Shown here in pieces: positions 1 to 7,562 of a DNA stretch of 64,000 bases (position 1 is its first letter; every line of letters starts with the position of its first letter). The stretch spans positions 42,616 to 106,615 of the forward strand of contig JBKHFJ010000002.1 of assembly GCA_046540255.1 (NCBI GenBank). The letters run 5' to 3'. Source of the DNA: Methanomassiliicoccales archaeon (GTDB taxonomy: Archaea > Thermoplasmatota > Thermoplasmata > Methanomassiliicoccales > JAAEEP01). The position numbers and the translations under genes were made by a program. The notes below the pieces were generated by a model. The model saw nothing but the letters and a program-made list of their open reading frames with translations. It had not been told where the DNA came from and made no database searches.

Positions 1-1
1 G

Positions 2-469
2 GCGGTGGAGCTGGCCAGGCAACGGGTGAAGGAGGCCCAGGAAGGGGAAGTACCGGTGGAGAAGTTGGTCATCTCCAGGACGGTGAAGGACTTCTCCTTC
101 TACAAGGACCCGGACTCCCAGGCCAACGTGCAGGCGGCCAGGAAGCTGATTGACATGGGCTACGAGTTCATACCGGGGATGAAGGTCTCCTGGGTGGTCA
201 CCGACAACACCAAGACGCCGCAGGAGGTGGAGCCGTACGTCTCCGGCAGGGAGTTCCCCGGGCGGCCGGACCACCGGTACTACGCCGAGAGGGTGGCCCA
301 GACGGTGGCCCGTGCCACCGAGGTGTTCGGCTGGGACGAGAGGAGCCTGATGCTGGGATCCCAGCAGTCCACCCTGTTCGATCAGGACTTCGGCCCTCCC
401 AAGAAGAGCAGGGGCGAGGGGGAAGTAAAGAGGACCGACCGGAACCTCTCCCTCGAGGACTTCATGTGA
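2..469 (+). CDS. polB: Family B DNA polymerase, C-terminal fragment (5' end outside window)
   Basis: The frame is open to the window edge. The tail (...KLVISRTVKDFSFYKDPDSQANVQAARKLIDMGYEFIPGMKVSWVV...YYAERVAQTVARATEVFGW) resembles the C-terminal thumb region of archaeal PolB. Stop TGA at 467-469. Confidence 0.7.
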   Translation, partial: AVELARQRVKEAQEGEVPVEKLVISRTVKDFSFYKDPDSQANVQAARKLIDMGYEFIPGMKVSWVVTDNTKTPQEVEPYVSGREFPGRPDHRYYAERVAQTVARATEVFGWDERSLMLGSQQSTLFDQDFGPPKKSRGEGEVKRTDRNLSLEDFM

Positions 470-583
470 AAACCTTAAATACGGCCTTTCGCTGTGGTCA
501 GGGCCAAGTGACGAGAGGATATCTCGTTGGAGATGTGCCCGAGAGGGTGAATCCGAAAACGCCGCCCCGCGGCAGGTGATACC

Positions 584-1216
584 ATGGACGAGGAATACAC
601 TCAGGAAGACGAGGAGAGGCCAGTTTCCGGGAAGGGAATGTACCACCACATCTCGGAGGCGTGGGAGAAGCCCAAGGACGGCTACCTGAACCGGCTCAAC
701 TGGCAGAGGCTCATCCAGTGGAGGAAGGAGGAGAACTGGATCCGCATCCAGAGGCCCACCCGCCTGGACCGCGCCCGGGCCCTGGGCTACCGGGCCAAAC
801 AAGGGTATGTCCTGGTCAGGGGAAGGGTCAGGAAGGGCTCCTTCCGTAAGAGGCAGATCAAGGGGGGCCGGAGGGCCAAGAGGATGGGCATGAACCGCAT
901 CACCACCTCCAAGAACCTCCAGAGGATCGCCGAGGAGAGGGGCTCCAAGCGCTACCCCAACCTGGAGGTGCTGAACTCCTACTGGGTGGGGGAGGACGGC
1001 AAGCACAAGTGGTACGAGATCATCCTGGTGGACCCCCATCACCCGGTGATCAAGAGCGATCCGAAGATCAATTGGATCTGCTCCCCCAAGCAGAAGGGGA
1101 GGGCCAACCGGGGCCTCACCTCCGCCGGTAAGAGGGGAAGAGGTCTGCACAACAAGGGAAAGGGGGCCGAGAAGCTCCGCCCCTCGGTGAACGCCCACGG
1201 TCAGAAGGGCAAGTAG
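584..1216 (+). CDS. rpl15e: 50S ribosomal protein L15e
   Basis: [12 protein letters not shown]...LIQWRKE...[29 protein letters not shown]...[21 protein letters not shown] is typical of eL15. An AGGTGA SD-like element lies 6 nt before ATG 584. An alternative start at 638 would drop an 18-aa acidic extension. Confidence 0.9.
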   Translation: MDEEYTQEDEERPVSGKGMYHHISEAWEKPKDGYLNRLNWQRLIQWRKEENWIRIQRPTRLDRARALGYRAKQGYVLVRGRVRKGSFRKRQIKGGRRAKRMGMNRITTSKNLQRIAEERGSKRYPNLEVLNSYWVGEDGKHKWYEIILVDPHHPVIKSDPKINWICSPKQKGRANRGLTSAGKRGRGLHNKGKGAEKLRPSVNAHGQKGK

Positions 1217-1217
1217 A

Positions 1218-2063
1218 TCAAACCGCTTCCAATCTCCTTTCTATCTCCTCGTTGGAGAGACCGATCAGCGGATGGTACGAGGGCACCTTGTAGCGATCGT
1301 ACACTATCCTGTCCATATCCTCCAGGGTATGACCGAACACCACGCCGAGGGCTTTGAAATCCTCTATCAACCCCTCCAGGGTGCCCTCCGTCTCCACCCT
1401 GAGGTCGGGCGCCCACCTCTCCAGGGGCGCCCACCACTGCCCAGTGGAGAAAACGGCCACCCGACACCCTCTCTTCATCATCAGCCAGGCCGCCAGGAGG
1501 TCCCTCTCCCTCCTCACCACGGCCACCACCCTCCCCTGGCTGCCCATGGGGAGGCCTCCCGGTCCCTGGACGTACCTGTCGAACACGAAGGCCCGGTTCT
1601 CCCGGACCTCGATGAAGATCTCCACGTCCGGGGAGGAGAGGTCCACGCTCACCTCCCGGTCCAGGTTATGGGAGAGCACCTCCGCCCCGGCCTCGCGGGC
1701 CACCTCCATGCTGGTGAACGGATGGCTGCCCTCCCTCCTGGCACGGATGGCGAATCTCTGCCCCCTGCTCAAAACCTCCCGGGAGAAGTGGGCGGCGGTG
1801 GAGACGATGTCCTCCATGTCCCCCGAGGTCTCCAGGGCTGGGCTGACCGAGGCCACCCCGAACACCCTGGACACGGGCCCAACGGCCGACTGGACGGTAG
1901 TTGGACGGACGTATATGCGTCCCTGGTCGGAGGAGATGAGCGCCTCCTCCCCTGTTTGGGCCAGGGCCTCCATGATGTTCTCCTTCAGGATCTCCTGGAA
2001 TCGCTGCCTGACCGGTCGGCTCTTCAGCCCCATCTCGGCGTAGCGCACCAGTAGGATGTCCAC
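1218..2063 (-). CDS. THUMP-domain ThiI-like protein with degenerate PP-loop
   Basis: The N-terminus MDILLVRYAEMGLKSRPVRQRFQEILKENI and the central region match the ThiI ferredoxin-like plus THUMP layout. The C-terminal AAWLMMKRGCRV block matches the ThiI PP-loop domain, but the SGGxDS motif is replaced by VVRRERD, and the protein is short (281 aa). Confidence 0.65.
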   Translation of the reverse strand: MDILLVRYAEMGLKSRPVRQRFQEILKENIMEALAQTGEEALISSDQGRIYVRPTTVQSAVGPVSRVFGVASVSPALETSGDMEDIVSTAAHFSREVLSRGQRFAIRARREGSHPFTSMEVAREAGAEVLSHNLDREVSVDLSSPDVEIFIEVRENRAFVFDRYVQGPGGLPMGSQGRVVAVVRRERDLLAAWLMMKRGCRVAVFSTGQWWAPLERWAPDLRVETEGTLEGLIEDFKALGVVFGHTLEDMDRIVYDRYKVPSYHPLIGLSNEEIERRLEAV

Positions 2064-2140
2064 ACCACCACCACTTCGTGGGGGGATAACTCTTTTTCGG
2101 TGATGGTAAGAATGAACTACGGGAGCTCCCTTCTACCCTC

Positions 2141-2971
2141 ATGGACCTGATCACCGCCCTGGGCATCATCGCCCTCTCCGTGCTTGCAGGGGTGGTGGGA
2201 TCGATGCTGGGCCTGGGAGGGGGGGTGGTGATCATCCCCTCCCTGGTGCTCGTGTTCGGTCTCCCCATGCAGCAGGCGGTGGGGGCCAGTCTGGTAGGGG
2301 TGATCGCCACCTCTACCGGGGCGGCCTGCCACTACGTCCAGGAGGGGCTGTGCAACGTCCGGCTGGGCATGGTGCTGGAGACGGCCACCGCCCTGGGCTC
2401 CTCGGCGGGGGCCGCACTGGCCATCTACGCGAACGAGGGGGTGCTGGCCCTGATCTTTTCCCTGCTGCTGATCTACAGCGCGGTGTACATGCTCAGGGGT
2501 TTCGTCTCGGGCCGGTACGGGGGAAGGGAGTGGCCCTCCATGTCCGGGGATTACCGGGACGGTTTCAGCGGGGAGCGGGTGACCTACATCCCGCGCCGTC
2601 TGCCCATGGGCATGCTGGCCAGCTTCTTCGCCGGGAGCATGTCCGGCATGCTGGGCATTGGGGGCGGCTCGGTGAAGGTCCCGGTGATGCACGGCTGGAT
2701 GGGGATACCCATGAAGGCGGCGGCGGCCACCAGCAACTTCATGATCGGGGTGACCGCCCTGGCCGGGGCGGTGGTCTACTACTCCCAGGGGATCATATCC
2801 CCCGTGATCACCGCCCTGGTGGCGGTGGGCGTCTTCGCCGGGGCGGTGGCGGGCTCCCGGGTCACCGCGGGGGTGCGGCCGGGCTCGGTGAGGGTCGCCT
2901 TCGCCCTGGTCCTGCTGGCACTGGCCTTCCTCATGATCCTGGGTTCAACGGGGGTGATGGAGGCCATATGA
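2141..2971 (+). CDS. TauE/SafE (TSUP, DUF81) family anion exporter
   Basis: Polytopic membrane protein with repeated GxGGG motifs (MLGLGGGVVIIPSLV..., MLGIGGGSVKVPVM), typical of the family. Confidence 0.85.
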   Translation: MDLITALGIIALSVLAGVVGSMLGLGGGVVIIPSLVLVFGLPMQQAVGASLVGVIATSTGAACHYVQEGLCNVRLGMVLETATALGSSAGAALAIYANEGVLALIFSLLLIYSAVYMLRGFVSGRYGGREWPSMSGDYRDGFSGERVTYIPRRLPMGMLASFFAGSMSGMLGIGGGSVKVPVMHGWMGIPMKAAAATSNFMIGVTALAGAVVYYSQGIISPVITALVAVGVFAGAVAGSRVTAGVRPGSVRVAFALVLLALAFLMILGSTGVMEAI

Positions 2972-3288
2972 ACCTGAACAGGGCGCTCCGTCAAGTACTT
3001 CTGGTGGGCATGCTGGCCTCCGTCGCGGTCATGTCGATCGGTCTTTTACTGGTGGGCCTATCCGGGGAGTGGGAGGAGGTGGCCCTGTCCCCCCTGGAAG
3101 TGATGGAGGGGCTGATCGAGGGGGACCCGATGGCGGTGCTCTACCTGGGCATACTGCTGCTGATCGCCACCCCCTTGGCGAGGGTGGTGGCCTCCGGGGT
3201 ACTGTTCGCCATGGAGGGCGACTGGCGTTTCGCCCTGGTCTCCCTCCTGGTCCTGGGGGTGGTGGCCGTCGCCGTTCTCGTCGAATAA
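2968..3288 (+). CDS. DUF1634-like small membrane protein
   Basis: ATG 2968 overlaps the TauE stop (ATGA). The 106-aa protein has 3 hydrophobic helices (..LLLIATPLARVVASGVLFAMEGDWRFALVSLLVLG..), and this family commonly follows TSUP genes. The track ORF 2350-3288 is an upstream extension in the same frame. Confidence 0.65.
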   Translation: MNLNRALRQVLLVGMLASVAVMSIGLLLVGLSGEWEEVALSPLEVMEGLIEGDPMAVLYLGILLLIATPLARVVASGVLFAMEGDWRFALVSLLVLGVVAVAVLVE

Positions 3289-3332
3289 GGATTAAATCCC
3301 CACATTTGCCTACCCTCCCTCCCGGGGGTGGC

Positions 3333-4652
3333 ATGGCAAGGTCCGACAATCGGTGGTACTTCTCCTTTCTACCATACAATTTGGCCTCGGGAAGCACCTC
3401 TCCGCTGATCCCCCTCTTCATCACCGAGGTGCTCAGGGGGAGCCTGTCACAGGTGGGACTTGCCAGCGCCATATCCTCCGCCGCCTCGGTCCCCTCAAAC
3501 ATCCTGTGGGGAAACCTATCGGACACCACCGGGCTGAGGAGGCCGTTCGTCCTCATCGGCTTCGGGGGGCTGGCCCTGGCGTTGTTCATGATGGGGGTGG
3601 CCACCTCGATTCCCTCCTACTTCTTCGCCAACCTCGTGCTGGGCCTGCTGGCCACGGCCTCCGTCCCCATAGGCACGGTGCTGGTCCTGGAGGTGAACAA
3701 GAGGGAGGACTGGGCCAACGAGCTGGGATCTTTCAGCAAGGTGGGGGGCATCGGATGGGTGGGGGGACTGGCGCTCGGGGTCCTGTGGCTGCAGCTGGGG
3801 GACCTGGGGGTGAACGGGGAAGCGCCCCTGCGCACCCTCTTCATCCTGGCCGCCACACTCTCCACGCTCTCCATCCTGATCGCCCTGAGGTTCATCCCGG
3901 AGCCCCGGAGGAAGGTGGATAGGAGGACGGTGGACCTGAAGCGCCTCTCCTATCCCCTGATCATCTTCGAGAGGGCCAGGTACCTACCCGGGCGGATGGT
4001 GCACGTGCTCTCCCTGAGCACCCGGAACATGTCGTCCAGGAACTTCCCGGTGAACCTGAGGAGGTACTACCTGGTGGCCTTCTTCATATTCGCCGGGACC
4101 CTCAGCTTCTTCGTGATCCTCCCGATCTTCCTCTTGAACGAGATGGGGCTGTCCAGCTCGGAGGTGTTCTTGGTCTACCTCTCCTCCTCCGCCGTATCCG
4201 CCATCACCTATCAGAGGTTCGGGGGCCTGGTCACCGCCATGGGCGGGAAGAGGGTCCAGATGAGGGGGCTGGTAGGCAGGGCGGTGGCCTTCCCCGCCTT
4301 CATACTGATCTCGATGATCCCGCTGGGGCAGTGGGAGAACCTGCTGGCGGCGGCCGCGCTCCACGGACTGGTGGGCTACTGCTGGGCGGCGATCAGCGTG
4401 TCCGGCTTCGCCCTGGTTTCCAACCTCTCCTACAGCGCCTACCGGGCCGAGGGGATGGGACTGTACAACTCGACCCAGGGCATCGCCTCCATCATGGGAT
4501 CCCTTCTGGGCGGGGTGGTGGCCCAGTTCCTGGGATACCTGGCCGCGTTCTGCATGGCCTCGGCCTTCCTGGTAACGGCCATGCTGCTATTGAGGGGAAT
4601 AGATGTCGACACCCCCACCCCGGAGGACGACTCACCGATCAGGAGCGGATGA
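3333..4652 (+). CDS. MFS-type transporter
   Basis: About 12 predicted hydrophobic helices. Start chosen at ATG 3333 (MARSDNRWYFSF...), because the upstream part of track ORF 3069-4652 is Gly/Arg/Pro junk that overlaps the previous gene. Confidence 0.75.
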   Translation: MARSDNRWYFSFLPYNLASGSTSPLIPLFITEVLRGSLSQVGLASAISSAASVPSNILWGNLSDTTGLRRPFVLIGFGGLALALFMMGVATSIPSYFFANLVLGLLATASVPIGTVLVLEVNKREDWANELGSFSKVGGIGWVGGLALGVLWLQLGDLGVNGEAPLRTLFILAATLSTLSILIALRFIPEPRRKVDRRTVDLKRLSYPLIIFERARYLPGRMVHVLSLSTRNMSSRNFPVNLRRYYLVAFFIFAGTLSFFVILPIFLLNEMGLSSSEVFLVYLSSSAVSAITYQRFGGLVTAMGGKRVQMRGLVGRAVAFPAFILISMIPLGQWENLLAAAALHGLVGYCWAAISVSGFALVSNLSYSAYRAEGMGLYNSTQGIASIMGSLLGGVVAQFLGYLAAFCMASAFLVTAMLLLRGIDVDTPTPEDDSPIRSG

Positions 4653-5091
4653 GGGCGGCCAGCTTCCTACCCAGGGTGACGGCCCTCCTCTCCTCCCCCT
4701 GGGCCAGCGGACCCTTGCGACCCTCCACCTGGAAGCCCTCGGGATCGCCCAGCATCTCCACCCCGGCACCCTTCATGACCTGATGGATCCGGCTGGAAGC
4801 CCCCTTGCCCTCGCTGGGCATGCGGGTATCGAACGCCATACCCTTGGAGGCCGGGGCCACCTCCTTCCCCACCCACTTCAGCAGCTTCTTGAACTTCCTG
4901 GTGGGCCCTCCCATGTGGGTGGGACTTCCCAGGATCCACACCTCCGCCTCCCTCATCTCCTCCGGGGTCACGGTATTCCCCTTCTTGGCGGTGACCTGGT
5001 GGTTTCCCACCTCCTTCATACCGGAGCATATGGACTTGGCGATGGCCTCGGTGTTCCCGTGGGACGAGTCGTAGACGATCAGGACCTTCAT
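4639..5091 (-). CDS. Flavodoxin-like protein
   Basis: MKVLIVYDSSHGNTEAIAKSI...VWILGSPTHMGGPTRKFKKLL shows the classic flavodoxin FMN-binding loops. Its 3' end overlaps the MFS gene by 14 nt (convergent). Confidence 0.8.
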   Translation of the reverse strand: MKVLIVYDSSHGNTEAIAKSICSGMKEVGNHQVTAKKGNTVTPEEMREAEVWILGSPTHMGGPTRKFKKLLKWVGKEVAPASKGMAFDTRMPSEGKGASSRIHQVMKGAGVEMLGDPEGFQVEGRKGPLAQGEERRAVTLGRKLAALIRS

Positions 5092-5141
5092 GGGGAGGAT
5101 ATGGGTCCGTCCCGCTTTACCCTTTTTGAAAAGAAATGGAG

Positions 5142-5226
5142 TGCAGGGAGGAGGATTCGAACCCCCGAACGCCTACGCGACTAGACCCTGAATCTAGCAC
5201 CGTTGGCCAGGCTTGGTTATCCCTGC
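5142..5226 (-). tRNA. tRNA-Leu (anticodon CAG), long variable arm
   Basis: The reverse complement folds by hand. Acceptor GCAGGGA/TCCCTGC; anticodon stem CTAGA/TCTAG with loop TTCAGGG (CAG); variable arm TCGCGTAGGCGTTC; T arm GGGGG-TTCGAAT-CCTCC; discriminator A. CCA is not encoded. Confidence 0.9.
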
Positions 5227-5312
5227 GTGAGCATAGGTTCAAACGCAAATTAATACAAAAAGGTTACTCCCCGCGGGCATCATTTTATTCGATGAGCCTC
5301 CTAGGAGGTAAC

Positions 5313-5759
5313 ATGCCGCTCGACGAGTACCGGGAGAAGAGGGACTTCAGGGAGACCCCCGAGCCCTCGGAGGGAGGTGAAGAAGAGAGGATATTCGTCA
5401 TCCAGGAGCACCACGCCTCCCACTTCCACCACGACTTCCGGCTGGCCATGGGGGGCGTGCTGAGGAGCTGGGCGGTGCCCAAGGGGGTCCCCACCGAACC
5501 CAAGGTGAAGAGGCTGGCGGTGCAGACCGAGGACCATCCCCTGGCGTACGCCGGCTTCGAGGGGGAGATACCCGAGGGGCAGTACGGCGCCGGGAAGGTC
5601 ATCATCTGGGACCGCGGGACCTACGAGCTGGAGGAAGAGGAAGAGGGGAAGCTGGTCTTCCGACTGAACGGTGAGAGGTTGGAGGGAAGGTACGCCCTGA
5701 TCAGGTTCAAGGGCAGGGAATCGGAGGAGAAGAACTGGCTGCTCATGAGGACGGGTTGA
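5313..5759 (+). CDS. Stand-alone LigD-type 3'-phosphoesterase (PE) domain protein
   Basis: YREKRDFRETPEP...FVIQEHHASHFHHDFRL...LRSWAVPKGVPTEP..KRLAVQTEDHPLAYAGFEGEIPEGQYGAGKVIIWDRGTYE matches the LigD PE-domain signature. AGGAGG lies before ATG 5313. The upstream part of track ORF 5136-5759 overlaps the tRNA. Confidence 0.8.
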   Translation: MPLDEYREKRDFRETPEPSEGGEEERIFVIQEHHASHFHHDFRLAMGGVLRSWAVPKGVPTEPKVKRLAVQTEDHPLAYAGFEGEIPEGQYGAGKVIIWDRGTYELEEEEEGKLVFRLNGERLEGRYALIRFKGRESEEKNWLLMRTG

Positions 5760-5780
5760 GTCAGGTCTCTCTCATCCATC

Positions 5781-5804
5781 AAAAAATGGGGCCATTGAGG
5801 CCCG
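5781..5804 (-). terminator. Hairpin plus T6 tract downstream of the 72-aa gene
   Basis: On the minus strand, GGGCC-TCAAT-GGCCC (5789-5803) is followed by CATTTTTT (A-run 5781-5786 on plus). It sits 35 nt after the stop of 5839-6057. Confidence 0.35.
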
Positions 5805-5838
5805 CAAGAAAGTGTGTTGTGAAGGGAGACGGAAAAGC

Positions 5839-6057
5839 CTACTTCTTCATTATCTTCATCCATCCGCCGCTCTCGTAGACGGACAGGCCCCGGCTCTTCA
5901 GGGTCTTCTCGAACTCGTCCCAGGAGACGATCTCCAAACGATCGTTGTTCCCCTTGGTAAATTGGATACCATCCGTTCCCTTCACCCTTCCGGGCTTAAG
6001 GCCCTTCTTCTGCGCGATGTTCTTGGCCTTGCCAAGATCGATTTTCTCCATCACCAA
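5839..6057 (-). CDS. Hypothetical small basic protein (72 aa)
   Basis: Clean ORF in a locally lower-GC patch with GGAGG-type (ggaggaaatg) context before the start. No domain recognised. Confidence 0.5.
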   Translation of the reverse strand: MVMEKIDLGKAKNIAQKKGLKPGRVKGTDGIQFTKGNNDRLEIVSWDEFEKTLKSRGLSVYESGGWMKIMKK

Positions 6058-6087
6058 CTACATTTCCTCCCATCAGCTATTCGGAAG

Positions 6088-6106
6088 TCTGGCCATACTG
6101 GCCAGA
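6088..6106. promoter_or_regulatory. Perfect 8-3-8 palindrome TCTGGCCA-TAC-TGGCCAGA in divergent promoter region
   Basis: Read directly from the sequence. A second overlapping inverted repeat is CATACTGG (6094-6101) / CCAGTATG (6111-6118). TATA-like runs follow at about 6133-6148 and about 6180. Confidence 0.4.
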
Positions 6107-6269
6107 CAAGCCAGTATGTAATTGATATGACCCATATATAAAATTTTTCCAATAATGACAGCTATCCAGTATCGAAATAGTATAAAAGGAGGGGGTTAAC
6201 ACCCTGAATACGCTGGACGTTCGGGGAAGAAAATGTATATCTACCGATTCCCTCTCTACCCCGAATCTC

Positions 6270-7562
6270 ATGTCCCTATTCGGCTCGTCGGGCATCAGGG
6301 GCGTAGTGGGGAAGGACATCGATCCCATGCTCGCGGTGAGGATAGGTGCCGCCGTCGGCACCGAGTACCAACGCGTGGTCACGGGCAAGGACACCAGGAC
6401 CACCGGGGATGTGCTGTTGTCGGCCCTCGTCTCCGGCCTCACCTCGGTGGGGGCCGAGGTGCACCATGCCGGCACGGTTTCCACTCCCACCCTGGCCAGG
6501 GCCAGCTCCCGCTTCGACTGCGGGCTGATGGTCACCGCCTCTCACAATCCCCCCGAGTACAACGGGGTGAAGATGTGGAACCCGGACGGCTCCGCCTTCT
6601 CCGAGGCCCAGGCCCGGAGGATCGAGGGGCTGGTGGAGGACGGTGGTTACTCCTTCTCCCCCTGGAGGGGCGCGGGGCGGTTCCACCGGCTGTCCGGGGC
6701 GGAGGAGGAGCACCTCTCGGCCGTGCTGGACAGGGTGGGATCCGCCACGGTCAAGGTGGTGGTGGACCCTGGATGCGGGGCGGGTTTTCGGATCACGCCG
6801 CTGCTCCTTCGCAAGATGGGATGCCGGGTGATCTCCCTGAACGCCCAGGCCGACGGCTTCTTCCCCGGCCGCCCCCCGGAGCCCTCCGAGGAGAACCTCG
6901 GCGATCTCATGGAAACGGTCAGGTCGACCGGGGCGGACCTGGGGATCGCCCATGACGGGGACGCGGACCGCGTGGTGGCAATCGATTCGGCCGGAAGTTA
7001 CGTGGGAGGGGACCGACTGCTGGCCCTGTTCGCCTCCCTCCACCCGGAGGTGGTGACCCCCATCAACGCCTCCATGGTGCTGGACGACATGACCAGGGTG
7101 ATCAGGACCCGCGTGGGGGACGCCTTCGTGTCCCAGACCATGAGGGAGGAGGGCGTGGACTTCGGCGGGGAGCCCTCGGGCACCTTCATCTTCTCCCGTC
7201 ACGGCTACTTCCCGGACGGGGTGCACGCCGCCGCGCTGCTGGCCAGGATGGTCAGCGAGCGTTCACTGGAGGAGATGGTGGAGGGAGTCCCCTCCTACCC
7301 CATGGCCAGGAGGTCCTTCCCCCTCCACCCTTCGGACCGTGGCAGGGTGATGGACATGATGGAGGAGGAGATGGGGACCCTGGAATGCCAGAGGCTCCTG
7401 GACCTGGACGGGTATCGGGCCGAGTTCGATGAGGGATGGCTCCTCCTCCGCCCCTCCGGCACCGAGCCGAAGCTCAGGATGACGGTGGAGGCCCGCTCGG
7501 AGGGGTCGTTGAGCTCCTTGATCGCCCTGGGCGAATCGATCGCCAGGAGGTGCCTGGGATGA
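6270..7562 (+). CDS. glmM: Phosphohexomutase (phosphoglucosamine mutase-like)
   Basis: FGSSGIRGVVG, phosphoserine loop TASHNPPEYNGVK, Mg loop GIAHDGDADR, and a C-terminal RPSGTEPKLR. The stop overlaps the start of a GlmU-like gene (ATGA). Confidence 0.85.
   Translation: MSLFGSSGIRGVVGKDIDPMLAVRIGAAVGTEYQRVVTGKDTRTTGDVLLSALVSGLTSVGAEVHHAGTVSTPTLARASSRFDCGLMVTASHNPPEYNGVKMWNPDGSAFSEAQARRIEGLVEDGGYSFSPWRGAGRFHRLSGAEEEHLSAVLDRVGSATVKVVVDPGCGAGFRITPLLLRKMGCRVISLNAQADGFFPGRPPEPSEENLGDLMETVRSTGADLGIAHDGDADRVVAIDSAGSYVGGDRLLALFASLHPEVVTPINASMVLDDMTRVIRTRVGDAFVSQTMREEGVDFGGEPSGTFIFSRHGYFPDGVHAAALLARMVSERSLEEMVEGVPSYPMARRSFPLHPSDRGRVMDMMEEEMGTLECQRLLDLDGYRAEFDEGWLLLRPSGTEPKLRMTVEARSEGSLSSLIALGESIARRCLG

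Noticed and set aside
505-560. C/D box sRNA candidates: GTGACGA at 509-515 and TTGATGA at 40150-40156.
   Set aside because: The C-box-like heptamers are imperfect, and no CTGA D/D' boxes occur at the required spacing on either strand.
5136-5312. The upstream part of track ORF 5136-5759, and likewise 18173-18247 of ORF 18173-18943.
   Set aside because: Both overlap tRNA genes (Leu on the opposite strand, Val on the same strand). Internal ATGs with SD-like context or a sensible N-terminus were chosen instead.
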